Shown piece by piece: positions 1-12,290 of a stretch of 64,000 bases of DNA. Position numbers and translations under genes: made by a program. The stretch's first letter is position 1, and the number at the start of each line of letters is the position of its first letter. The stretch lies in assembly GCA_051294375.1 (NCBI GenBank), contig CM119269.1, forward strand, positions 6,035,531 through 6,099,530, in the 5' to 3' direction. Below the pieces are notes generated by a model. The model saw nothing but the letters and a program-made list of their open reading frames with translations, searched no databases and had not been told where the DNA came from. The DNA comes from Paraspadella gotoi (Eukaryota > Animalia > Chaetognatha).

Positions 1-372
1 ATTTCTTTCGGATAGTTTGATTAAATTCATTTGTTTTTTAAATACGGGACGATTTTTATAAGCGAATTCGTTGTCGAGAGTCAAAATTCGTTGTTCCGGG
101 AAAAATTTGTTCATAGGTGGCATTGGAGATTGCAAGAAGAAAGAGACACAAAATCGTAAAAGTCGAATGGGAAAAAGTTATGACCCCTTAACTGTCACTC
201 ATTAATTCGATCGTTAACTTTTGTAGACTCTTTTATTCGTTCATTCATTCATTTACTTTCGTTAGGTTTTATGAAAGGCTCCTCCATTCGTTTATTAATT
301 GAATCCATTCATTAATTGAATCGTTAATTCGTTCATTCATCAAAACCTCGTTCATATCATTCCCTCTTTCAG

Positions 373-609
373 AGCGAATCCTCTTTGCAGAAAATCTTGA
401 TTAACGATTGCAAAACAGAAACAGATGAGGCAATTATTTTCAGAAGAAGAAAGATTAAATCAGACGCAGATGAGAGTTGGATTCTCGCGGGATGCGAATT
501 TAATATCGAACGCGCTCGGCCCAAGTCGCGAAGCGAGGGAAGACTGAGAAACTCTTGGTACGATCTTGATGCAATGTACTCGAAATATGAGAGTAAAAAG
601 GAAAAATGA
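373..609 (+). CDS. Possible terminal coding exon of an unidentified gene (SESSLQKILIND...YESKKEK*)
   Basis: Pyrimidine tract and acceptor tccctctttcAG at 361-372, then an open non-repetitive frame to TGA at 607-609. No recognisable domain. Confidence 0.3.
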   Translation, partial: SESSLQKILINDCKTETDEAIIFRRRKIKSDADESWILAGCEFNIERARPKSRSEGRLRNSWYDLDAMYSKYESKKEK

Positions 610-2070
610 AAATCCTTATAATGTAGTTATAGGAAATGCCAAGAGCATAGGCTTTTTTTTGGTAAATTGCAATTTGCGAATTTATCATTGAGTCGCGCGT
701 GTGAGTTGTGACAAACGTGAGATGCAAATAATACAAAGCAGAGAACGTGATTTGAAACAAAGATGGTTATGAGTTTTAACAATGAAAATAGATGTGAGAT
801 GCCAATGTATTTCTTAGCATTAGGTGGGATTAAAAACAAAGATGGTATTATAAATTCAAAAGCCTTCTCGCGCCAAAATTTAGAGTCGCACCGCCTTCCG
901 GTGCCGTATTTTCTAGTCCGGCGCCGATTCTCATCCTCGCGCCGATTTTCGATCTTCGTCATTTTCGTCGTCGTCGTCGTCGTCGTCGTCATCGTTGACG
1001 TCGTCGTCGTCGTCGTCGATTCAATTCTATGTTTTCAATTCGATAAAATTTCTAAAAATAAAAATAAAAGGATAATATTTTGGTTTTTTGCGAAGTTTCG
1101 CTTCTCTCGGACGATTTCGGGACTGAGCCGATAAATTTGGCTGCGTAATCGTAAAAATCGTGAGAGAGAAAGAGAGAGGGGAGGAGAGAGAGACGACGAC
1201 GAGAGAGAGAGAGAGAAGAGAGGAGAGAGGAGAGAGAGAGAGACGACGACGACGAGGAGTTGAGAGAGAGAGAGAGAGGGAGAGACTATTGCTTGTTGCC
1301 AGTTTGTTATCTTATTTACGTCCTTTTCTCTCGCTTTTTTTTATCGACCCTTGATTAAATTAAGATTTTTTTTTCCTTTTCTATTATGTTTAGGTTAACG
1401 AGTTTTAATCCCCGACACAATAATTTCAAATTTAATGCTGAGTGTCAAACATCGCGCGACATGGCGACCACGAATTTAGTAAAATATTTTGTTGTCTCGA
1501 CGTCAGTTTTAATTTTAAAACATTAACAACATTAGTTTCATTACCGGTTTCTAAAAAGAAAAAAATATCGCCCTGCGGCTACATAGTGTGATAAATTTTT
1601 TTTAACTGAAATTTTGATAAAGAACAATTTTAATATTAATAACAAAATTGTTATGTTATAATTGAATAAAAGGGATTTATCCATTTTTTTATCGCTTTTG
1701 CCCAAAATTGTTTAATCCAATCATTTGTGTTTACTTTCCTTTTTGTTGCGTTTGAAGTTTAATTTCAAGACGACGAAATCTTGTTTTAAGGGTCAATAAA
1801 AAGCGTTTTTTTTTATTATTTCTCGAAGCCAAATTTCAAATTTAAAAAAAATCATAAAGCGAATCCCCTTTTCTCCTCAAAATGGTCAAGAGTCACACAA
1901 AGCAGAAAAAGGGGCGTCGTTTTCAGTGAGGGTGAAAAACGTGAAAGAATTTCCTCGAGGGCAAATGTCTCACCTTAACTCTTTCACCAAAACAAAATCG
2001 TGAAGGAAAACTTGACACTAACTCGTTGCTAAGCTTCTTTTTACACCTCTTTTTTTTTGCCCTTTTAACA

Positions 2071-2196
<126 letters not shown>

Positions 2197-2828
2197 TTCT
2201 ATTTTCCTTCCTGGAAATTCATCACTTTTTTTTTTACCTCGGAACTTCAAGCGCAAAGCCTCAGGGGGAAATTGACCGCATCTTCTTTCTTCTTAGTGAA
2301 TGTTTCGCCTTTCTCAGGTTCCTTTCTCCTTTTTTTCTACCTTTATTTTTGTACCATACTTTTTCGTAATTTTTCTACTCACTTTTTAATAAATGTTTTT
2401 TTCTTCTTCATTTTGTTTTTCGTATCATCACGTTTTTTTGTTTTTTTTTAATTACACTTACCTTCAATATAATCTATAATTTCCAATGTTCCGGTTTTTT
2501 ATTTTTTTTTATTCTAGATTTTTCTTTCATTATTTCGCTTTCCACTTTTACTTTTTAATTTCTCAATTTTTCCATTTCCGTCCTCAATTTTTTTTTCTTT
2601 TCCCTTATTTTTCCTTTATTATTCCTCTCAATTTCCTGCTCTCATTTTATTCTTCTTTTTTTAACCTTTTTTTTCCTTTTCTGCCGACAATCCTCGTGAA
2701 ACCTTCCCTTATTCCAGTTATTATCTCTATTTTATCCTTTTTTTTTGCTTTAATCTTTTTCTCCTTAATTATCTTTTTTTTTCCTCTTTACGAATGACTC
2801 AATTAAGATCGCGTCCTTCTTCGATCTA

Positions 2829-2951
<123 letters not shown>

Positions 2952-3629
2952 GAATCCTGTACCAGAGTACCACGCCCAATCTCCCGAACCTTATTTTCGT
3001 CCGTCTCGTCTGGTGACTTGTTTTTTGACAAGTTAGGTTGTAAATAAAATCCTTGAATCCGTGACTAAAACTTATTCTTGTGACTAAGTATCGATTAAAA
3101 ATGAAAGTCAGAAAATTAATGTCACTGAACGACTAATGTTTCCTTCATTAGTAAACGGTCGTTGATCTTATAATCACAAGACTACCTGTGATTGGTGACC
3201 TCTAATTGACCCGGTCGGTGGTTAGACGTTTATTTTTTTTGTTTTTTTTTTTGTTTTTTGCAAAGGAGAAAAAGAGAAAGAGAAAGAGAAAGAGAGAGAG
3301 AGAGCGAGAGAGAGAGAGAAAGAGAGATGTACCTTCGCGTCAGAATTAATTAATGATTCCCCCATTTTTCACCGAATAACGAATGTTGTTGTTGTCGTTG
3401 CCCTAATTCGTCGTATCAAGTGCCTCTGTCCCTCCGACCGTCGATAAACAAACATTTATCTCATTAAGGTCGACGTCTTTGGCGCCAGAGCGAAAAAGAA
3501 AAAAAAAAAGAATTTCACTTTAAAAAAAAAACAAAGGATCGAATATCCTGGATCTACAGACCTCCCAACCACGGCGCCACGATCCGAATCGACCGCGTTA
3601 CGACGCCGCCAGAAATAGTNNNNNNNNNN

Positions 3630-4446
3630 AACCCGCCGCTATAAAAAAAATCGTCGTTTGCAAACCTTTGAAGATTTTTTTTGAATAAAAACCAAAGTCA
3701 TTTATATATTCTAATTTCATATTGATTGGTTATGATTTGACTTGGCAATGACCGGAGAAAAGTTGCCTTAAAAATCGACTTTCATTTTAAATCTTTTTGT
3801 CCAACTCTCTGAATATTTTTTAAAAAACTTTTACATAAAAAGTTATCATTATTTACATCTTCTGAAAGCTCTTTGAAATTTAAAGATAATGACATATTTA
3901 AGAATATTGTAACATAAAATTGAAATAATAAAATCATCAAATATATTTTTTCAAATAGCTGACCTATTTAAACTATTTTGATCAAACCAATTATTGTTTA
4001 TATAGGTATCATAAAAACTCTTGAGGAAGACTAAATTAAAATGGTTAAAAATAATTTAATAATTATTCAAAACCTTTGTTGATTTACAGCTGAATAGCCT
4101 AATTTTTATATTATAGGATTTTTAATTATGCCATTCTTTTCATATTTCCGAGAACTTTTAGAAGAGATTAATAATGATATATTTTTCTATAAACGTTTTT
4201 GAAAAAATATTCAGAAAGTTAAATGAAAAGATTAAAGAAAAAAAAAGAATTTTAAAATGAAACAGGATTTTTAAGGCAACTTTTCTCTGCTCATTTGCCA
4301 AGTCAAATCCTAACAAATCAATATAAAAATAAAATATATAAATGAATTTACTTTTTACTACAAAAAATATTTTTAGATTAAAAAAATCTTCAAAGGTTTG
4401 CAAATTACTATTTTTTTCTAGCGGCGAATTGTCGTGTGTCACCTTG
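3630..4446. mobile_element. Tc1/mariner-type MITE, first copy (left end lost in N gap)
   Basis: Long imperfect inverted repeats (tttgcaaacctttgaagattttt / aaaaatcttcaaaggtttgcaaa; gatttgacttggcaa / ttgccaagtcaaatc). Right end is gtcaccttg followed by TA. Confidence 0.7.
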
Positions 4447-5923
4447 TATATTGTACAACTCATAAAACCCAAGTAGTAAATAATTCTATCCACACACGCA
4501 AAAAAAAAAAAACCCGAGACGCCCACTTTCTTTTTTTAACGATTACGACTATAGACAAAGAAAATGAGTCGCGATAAAAATTTCGTCAATTTAAAAAGAA
4601 AATAAGAGAAGAGGGTAATAAAAGTGAGAAAGAATTAGAAAGCAATAAAACAATAAAACGAGTTGTATAAGCGGGCGTGGTTGCCTTTCCATTTTTTTAA
4701 ACCACGCGGTTTTTTNNNNNNNNNNNNNNNNNNNNNNNNNCTGCCACAATCCTTCGTGGAAACCTTCCCTTATTCGCGTTATTATCTCTATTTGTATTCC
4801 TTTTTTTTGCTGTTAATCTTTTCTCCTTAATTATCTTTTGTTTCCTCTTTACGAATGACTCAATTTAAGTCGCGTCCTTCTTCGGATCTACATTCTCTCT
4901 CTCTCCGTCTCTCTCAACTCCTCTCTCTGCTCTCCTTCTCTCCTCCTTCTCTCTCTCTCTCTCTCCTTCTCTCTTTCTCTCTTCCGGAATCCTGTACCAA
5001 GAGTACCACGCCCAATCTCCCAACCTTATTTTCGTCCGTCTCGTCTGGTGACTTGTTTTTTGACAAGTTAGGTTGTTAAATAAAATCCATTGGAATCCGG
5101 TGACCTAAAACTTATTCTGTGATCAGTACATCGATTAAAAATGAGAAGTCAAAAAATTAATGTCACTGAACGACTATGTTTCCTTCATTAGTAAACGGTC
5201 GTGTGAATCTTATATATCACAAGACTAACCTTGTGATTGGTGACCTGCTAATGACCGGTCGTGGTTGAGACGTTTATTTTTTTTTTTGTTTTTTTTTTTT
5301 GTTGTTTTTGCGCAAGGAGAAAAAAGAGAAGAGAAAGAGAAAGAGAGAGAGAGACAGAAAGAGAAGAGGAGAATAGAGAGATTGTACCTTCGCGGTCAGA
5401 GTTAATTAATGAATTCCCCATTTTTCACCGAATAACGAATGTTGTTGTTGTCTTGCCCAATTGTTCGTACAATCAAGTGCCTCTGTCCCTCCCGTCCGTC
5501 CGATAAACAAACATTTATCTCAATTAAGGTCGACGTCTTTGGCGCCAAGAGCGAAAAAGAAAAAAATAAAAATTTACTTTAAAAAAAAAACCAAAGGATC
5601 GAATATCCTTGGACTCTACAGACCTCCAACGAACGGCGCCCGATCGAATCGAGCCGCGTTACGACGGCCGACAGAAATAGTTTTTTTTTTTTTGGGTGGG
5701 CACCCCGAGGTCAAACCGTAAATCGCCTCCTCGGGAATTCGGTTCGAACAATTTATGGTTTTTTAACTACTTTGTAATCGCTTTTTCGCGACGGTGTGCG
5801 CGTTGAGGGAGAAGATTTTTTTTTTTTTTTTTTTGTGATTTATAGTTTATGAACAGTTTGACTTTTTACACACAAGGAATTTTTTTTTTCTTTTTAATTT
5901 GTGTGAAAATTAATAATTAAGTA

Positions 5924-6748
5924 CAATGGTGACATACGACAAACCGCGCCGCTATAAAAAAAATCGTCGTTTTGCAACCTTTGAAGATTTTTTATTTAAT
6001 AAAACCAAAGTGCCATATTATATATTCTAATTTCAATATTGATTGCGATGATTTGACTTGGCAATGCCGCGAGAAAAGTTGCCTTAAAAATCGGACCTTT
6101 CATTTTAATCTTGCAATATTTTTAAAAAACTTTTACATAAAAAAGTTATCAATTATTTACATCTTCTGAAAGCTCTTTGAAATTTAAAAGATAATGACAT
6201 ATTTAAGAATATTGTAACATAAAATTGAAATATAAATCTCAAATATATTTTTCAATAGCTGACCTATTTAAACTATTTTGATCAAACCAATTATTGTTTA
6301 TATAGGTATCATAAAAACCTGTTGAGGAAGACTAAATTTAAAATGGTTAAAAATAATTTAATAATTATTTCAAAAACCTTTGTTGATTTACAGCTGAATA
6401 GCCTAATTTTTATATTATAGGATTTTTAATTATGCCATTCTTTTCATATTTCCGAGAACTTTTAGAAAGAGATTAATAATGATATATTTTTATATAAACG
6501 TTTTTGAAAAAAATATCAAGAAAGTTAATGAAAGATTAAAGAAAAAAAAAGAATTTTAAAATGAAACAGGATTTTTTAAGGCAACTTTTCTCTGCTCATT
6601 TGCCAAGTCAAATCCTACAAATCAATATAAAAAAAAATATATAAATGAATTTACTTTTACTACAAAAAATATTTTTAGATTAAAAAAATCTTCAAAGGTT
6701 TGCAAATTACTATTTTTTTTCTAGCGGCGAATTGTCGTGTGTCACCTG
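5924..6748. mobile_element. Tc1/mariner-type non-autonomous MITE (~825 bp)
   Basis: Ends read TA|CAATGGTGACATACGACAA ... TTGTCGTGTGTCACCTG|TA. Imperfect inverted repeats extend ~250 bp inward. TA flanks, no ORF. Confidence 0.75.
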
Positions 6749-7269
6749 TATATTGTACAACTCATAAAAACCCAAGTAGTAAATAATTCTATCCACACAC
6801 GCAAAAAAAAAAAAAACCCGAGACGCCCACTTTCTTTTTTAACGATTACGACTATAAGACAAAGAAAATGAGTCGCGATAAAAATTTCGTCAATTTAAAA
6901 AGAAAATAAGAGAAGAGGGTATAATAAAAGTGAGAAAGAATTAGAAAGCAATAAAACAATAAAACGAGTTGTATAAGCGGGCGTGGTTGCCTTTCCATTT
7001 TTTTAAACCACGCGGTTTTTTTTTTTTTTTTTTTTTTTTTTTGCGTTGTTGTTTGTTTCTTAAAGTTTTTCGTTTCGTTTTGTTTTTTTTTTTTTTTGGT
7101 TTTGTTCTCTTTCTGCGTCGTCGCCGTCGATGTTGCGAATCTCATTTTCTGTTCCTCGATTTTTCGCTTTTAAGTAAAACCGCAACGAAGACTCGTCGGA
7201 CAAACGAAGAGGCTCCTCCTCTTCCTCCTCCTCTTCCTCCTACACTCGTGCCTGGTCTCTCTCTCTCTC

Positions 7270-7331
<62 letters not shown>

Positions 7332-7765
7332 GTTTCTTCCTTCTTTCCTTCTTCTTCCCAGATTTGCCCTCCGCCTCACACCTCCTGATCTCTTCTTTCT
7401 CTTCCGCTTGATTCAGTTCTTCTTCCTCCTCCTCCTCCTCCTCCTCCTTTTCTCCTTCTCTCCATCCCCCTTCTCCCCCCTCCCCCCCAAAAACCGGAAA
7501 AACCCTCTTATTTTTCGCCCACCTCGTCCTCTAAAATTGCCCACCACCCGAAGCTCATTAATTCTCTTCTCCCACTCATTTCTTCTCTATTTCTATTTAC
7601 ATATCTATTTCTCTTCTCTTCTCTTTTGTTCTTTACTCTTCGCTCTCACAATATGAAATCTATTCAATATAAAATTATCCATTGATCCAATAAACAAGCA
7701 ATCTGGCCCCTGACTTTGAAAAGGCTATTAATTAAGGCCTCTCTCTCTATCACGAGACAATAACT

Positions 7766-7866
7766 TGGAGGCCTTAAACCACCAAAGCCTGTCCAAAGTC
7801 AGGGACAAGATAGTTTATTTATTAAATGAATGGATAATTTTTTATATTGGTTGTACCAATTTCATA
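7766..7866 (+). repeat. ~105-bp dispersed repeat, copy 1
   Basis: tggaggccttaaacca(c/t)caaagc...ttattaaatgaatggataatttt(t)tatattggttgtaccaatttcata recurs at 9609-9716 and 51134-51247. Fragments occur near 7705, 21025, 27485 and 41481. Confidence 0.85.
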
Positions 7867-8308
7867 GCAACTAGAAAGACGAGGCAACTTGTCAAGCAAT
7901 ATTCTATCACAGTCTCGTTCACTGAGGCCACCTGTTATAATCTTTTTATAAACTGTTTCAATTGTAATAAATTGGCCACTCCTCAAGTATTAGACTAGAA
8001 TTTGTATAAGATATTCTACTCCCTCTCTTACTCTAATAATCTATCCTTTGTTATTCTCTTTTTGTTGATTACTTAATTTTATTATTTCCTTTTACCCTAA
8101 TTCTTTTAATTCCTTTTTTTTTCTTTCTTCCCTTTCCTCCTTTATCATCTTTCCTCTATCCTACTATAACTACTTTTCCTCCTACCTCCTCTTTGGTCCT
8201 ACTCATCCCTCCCTCCTCTTCCTCCTTCTACCGGGAGGCGAAGATCGCGAAGGCAAATCGAGTCGCGCGTTTTTTTCTCTTCCCTCTGTCTCTGTCTCTC
8301 TCTCTCTC

Positions 8309-8396
<88 letters not shown>

Positions 8397-8712
8397 GAGA
8401 ATCTAGTCCACTGACGTCACCAAGTTGTATGTTTCCCAGAGATCGAGCGAGCGATTCGATAAATTCTTCCCTACGACGTCAGCGTCGCGACTCTCTCCCT
8501 CTTTTTTCTTCCTGCAAATTAAAAAAAAAAACTGACAACAAAGTGGACTCGTCGAATTTGTAGCCTTCAAGTACGAAGGCAAAACAAAAAAAACATGTTC
8601 TTCTTTTTTTGTTGTTTCTTTTAACGTCGTTAACTCTTCTTTCTTTTTTTTTGTCTTCTTTTCGTTTTAACTTCGCTCGATTGCCTTCTGGTCGGACGTC
8701 CCAAAATATCCA

Positions 8713-8822
8713 CCAATCAGAGACGATTGAGAAATAACTGAGAAGGATTCAGCCAATGAGATTCGTTGGTTTCGCCCGGACGATACTGACCAATGGAGGA
8801 CGAGAACGAGTTGACCAATCAG
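8713..8822 (+). promoter_or_regulatory. Cluster of four same-strand CCAAT boxes
   Basis: CCAAT at 8713, 8753, 8790 and 8815 in NF-Y-like context (RRCCAAT(C/G)RG-like). Confidence 0.3.
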
Positions 8823-9057
8823 GTTCGAGGGAAAGAAAGAAAGAAAAGAAAACGGAAGTGAGAGGGGATGGAAGGTGTTGTTTGGCTGATGAGAATGTGA
8901 GTTGGTGGAAAGTGTGGTGATTAAATCAGAGTAGGAAGATTATTGTACAATGCGTATGTTGATGAGAAATGTTCAGAATTAAGATTGGATCGTCTAACTA
9001 AGAAGAGAGGAGATAGTCAATAAGAAGGGGTGGGGATTCTAAAACGGGAAATAAAGT

Positions 9058-9186
<129 letters not shown>

Positions 9187-9278
9187 GGTGAAAACGAGGG
9201 TAAAAACGAGTCTGAACCAGGAAGAGAGGAATGTTTCCGATGAAGCGTGTAAGTGCTGTGAGAGAAAGATAGTAGTAA

Positions 9279-9346
<68 letters not shown>

Positions 9347-9608
9347 CAGAAAGACGAAATTGAGGGACATGTAGAGAGAATGAGGGGATTACAATGCGAG
9401 AAAAAAAACGGCGGCAGTGACTCGTGAGAGAAAGAGAAAAAAGAGAGTGAATGAGAGCAGAATGTGAATAAATGGGAGACGACGCGAAATCTGCTGATTC
9501 TTCACAATCACAGCCGCGTGAGAGAGAAGACATCGTGAATCGCGAAGATGAATTTCGTAAAAACTTAAGATTAACAAAATGAAAAAAATGACTAAATCAT
9601 ACATAATA

Positions 9609-9716
9609 AGAGTGATGGAGGCCTTAAACCATCAAAGCTTGTCCTAAGTCGGAAGCAAGATAGCTTGTTTATTAAATGAATGGATAATTTTTATATTGGT
9701 TGTACCAATTTCATAC
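9609..9716 (+). repeat. ~105-bp dispersed repeat, copy 2
   Basis: Near-identical to 7766-7866 and 51134-51247. Confidence 0.85.
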
Positions 9717-9921
9717 AATATAAAACAATTATGTATAATCGTCCACGAGGCAGGAGAGCGAATTCGAGCGAGGGATGGATGTGCGGTTGAAGTCCGACGT
9801 AATAATGATTTTATAAAAAAAGATTTGGGGTGAATGAAAATAAAAAGGAGTGAACGCGGGTGAACGCTGGTGAACGAGAAAGATGCAAAAGGGATCGATT
9901 CTCGTAAATTTGAGAAGGAAC

Positions 9922-10030
9922 GGGGCTGAGGGGTGAGTAGCTGAGGGGCTGAGGAGCTGAGGGCTGAGGGGCTGAGGAGCTGAGGGGCTGAGGGGCTGAG
10001 GGTCTGAGGAGCTGAGGGCGAGGGCTGGGG
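9922..10030 (+). repeat. G-rich 8-mer minisatellite (GAGGGGCT/GAGGAGCT)n
   Basis: Direct reading of tandem units. Confidence 0.9.
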
Positions 10031-10144
10031 CATCGAAGCGAAAGAGAAACGGGGTGAAAAAAAAAATCTTCAGAAGTGGGAAACGATGTTTTTCGCTCGA
10101 GGATCAAACATCGGGAGATTCGTCGATGATGGATAGAGCCGGGG

Positions 10145-10436
10145 GAACTCTTGCCCTTTTTTTACTTCTCGACCCTTTGACTTGACGGAACGCTTCCCAT
10201 TTTTTTACTTCTCGATCACTTAGCGTCTTGGCCTTTTTCACAACCTTCTATCCATGAATAGACACTAGACAGACTAATTGGCATTTTTCAGTTCTTTGAC
10301 AGTTCGAACACTTGGCCTTTTTCAGCACACTTCGATTAGTCTTACAATCATTGCAAACCTTCGCTCATGCGGAACGTTTGGCCTTTTTCACCACCTTCCC
10401 CTTTCGATTGGACGGAACGTTTGGCCTTTTTCACCA
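10145..10436 (+). repeat. Degenerate ~30-45 bp minisatellite (core ggaacgtttggcctttttcacca)
   Basis: The core ttggcctttttca recurs about seven times with variable spacers. Confidence 0.7.
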
Positions 10437-11105
10437 TCTCTCTCTTTGGATGCGAGAGAGAATCATCGGCGCGAAGTTTCGAGCGAAATCATCTCGATAA
10501 CAGCGAAATGGAGAGGAACGATAACAAATTAGCAATCATTTGGAGATTGAGAATGAAGAGTCATTAAGTTATTGAAGAAGTTTGTTGTTAAAAAGTTAAA
10601 AAGTGGAGAGTTGTTTTTACTACATTAGAATATGACTGCTGAATGTTGACAATTGCTTAACTAAAGCAAACAGTTTTTTTTCTCCCAGCTGATTTGTAGT
10701 TGTTTTATCCCTTCATCGAATCCAGATTAGGTTAAAAAAAAAAAAATTTTTTTAATTTTTTCAAGTGTATTTTTATTAATATTTTTTTAAATATTTTTAA
10801 AGTTATCGATCAGCGAGACTGCGATTTCAAATTTATCAGCCGTCAGCATAGTCATTCAATTTGCTCATTTTTGTCATTTCTACAAAACGTTGTATATAAA
10901 TTCCCGCCGGGGCCTCTGGCCTTAATGCATTCAATACAATTTATGCCGTCTCATTCTTATTCCGAGGAGAAGAAGAGAAAGAATCCAGATTAAATGCGGC
11001 GGAAAAAAAATGGAATCGTTTTCTCTCTTTTTTTAAAAAGATTTATATTATAAACAATGACCTTTAGGATGATCGGGAGATGGGTCGATAGGGGTAGGGG
11101 GGTTG

Positions 11106-11245
<140 letters not shown>

Positions 11246-12061
11246 GTATTTAGAGAGTTACAAGATAGTAAGCAGTATATAGGGTGATAGACAGACGCGG
11301 GTCTATTACCCCTTCCTCATTCACCTCCTCTTCATCCTCCTCCCAGGTATTCGGATTCGTGACTTTACTTCCGGTTAGGATATCTTTTCAGAGGTAAAAT
11401 ACATCAATTCAGATACTATTAATGCTTAATTCTATTAGCTTAATCCTTAACATCAGAATTTCGATTCTGCGCGTTTACATTATTAAATTTCTTGTAGTCA
11501 TCGATCTTCAGCGCAATGTGCAATTACATCCCCACATCCAGCAATTCTCTTCGATTCACGATTTCCCAGCAACTTTTCTTCCATCGATTTTTCTCCGGCG
11601 ACAAAAACTTTTTCTGTCAACTCAAAAGATAAAAAAAAAACCTCGAGAGAGAATATTCCCTCAAGATTCCATACTCAACCAATCAAAGGGCGGAAGAAAA
11701 ACCTCCTCACTCCTCAGCCAATCAACGAATTCTTCAACCGATGGAAGCCAATCATTAATTCTCTCTCTTCCTCTCGGAATATTAGACTGAATTTCCAGTC
11801 AATCATTTCAACTCGACCGTCGGAGTTTTGACGGTCGGAGTTTTAATGCAGAGATTGTTTTGACAATCATCAATTCTCCAGCAGCTCAACAATAGGCGAT
11901 GGAACGGGTGTGAAGAGTAGATGGGAGACAAGCACCCAAACCAAGCAAATAAAAAAGGAGACAAGCATCCAGCTTTGCCTCGGCTCAAAAATGGACTCTT
12001 TCTCAGCTGCGACTCTCTTCTGCGTCGCTTTAGATCAATGAGAAAATAATTATTTTCCAAA

Positions 12062-12146
<85 letters not shown>

Positions 12147-12251
12147 ACTTCTCTCTTTCTCTTTCCGTCTCTCTTCCTCTTTCTCTTTCCCTCTTTTCCC
12201 CTGAATCCATCTCTCATCCTCCCGCACTCAATTTTTTTTTTTAAATTTTAA

Positions 12252-12290
<39 letters not shown>

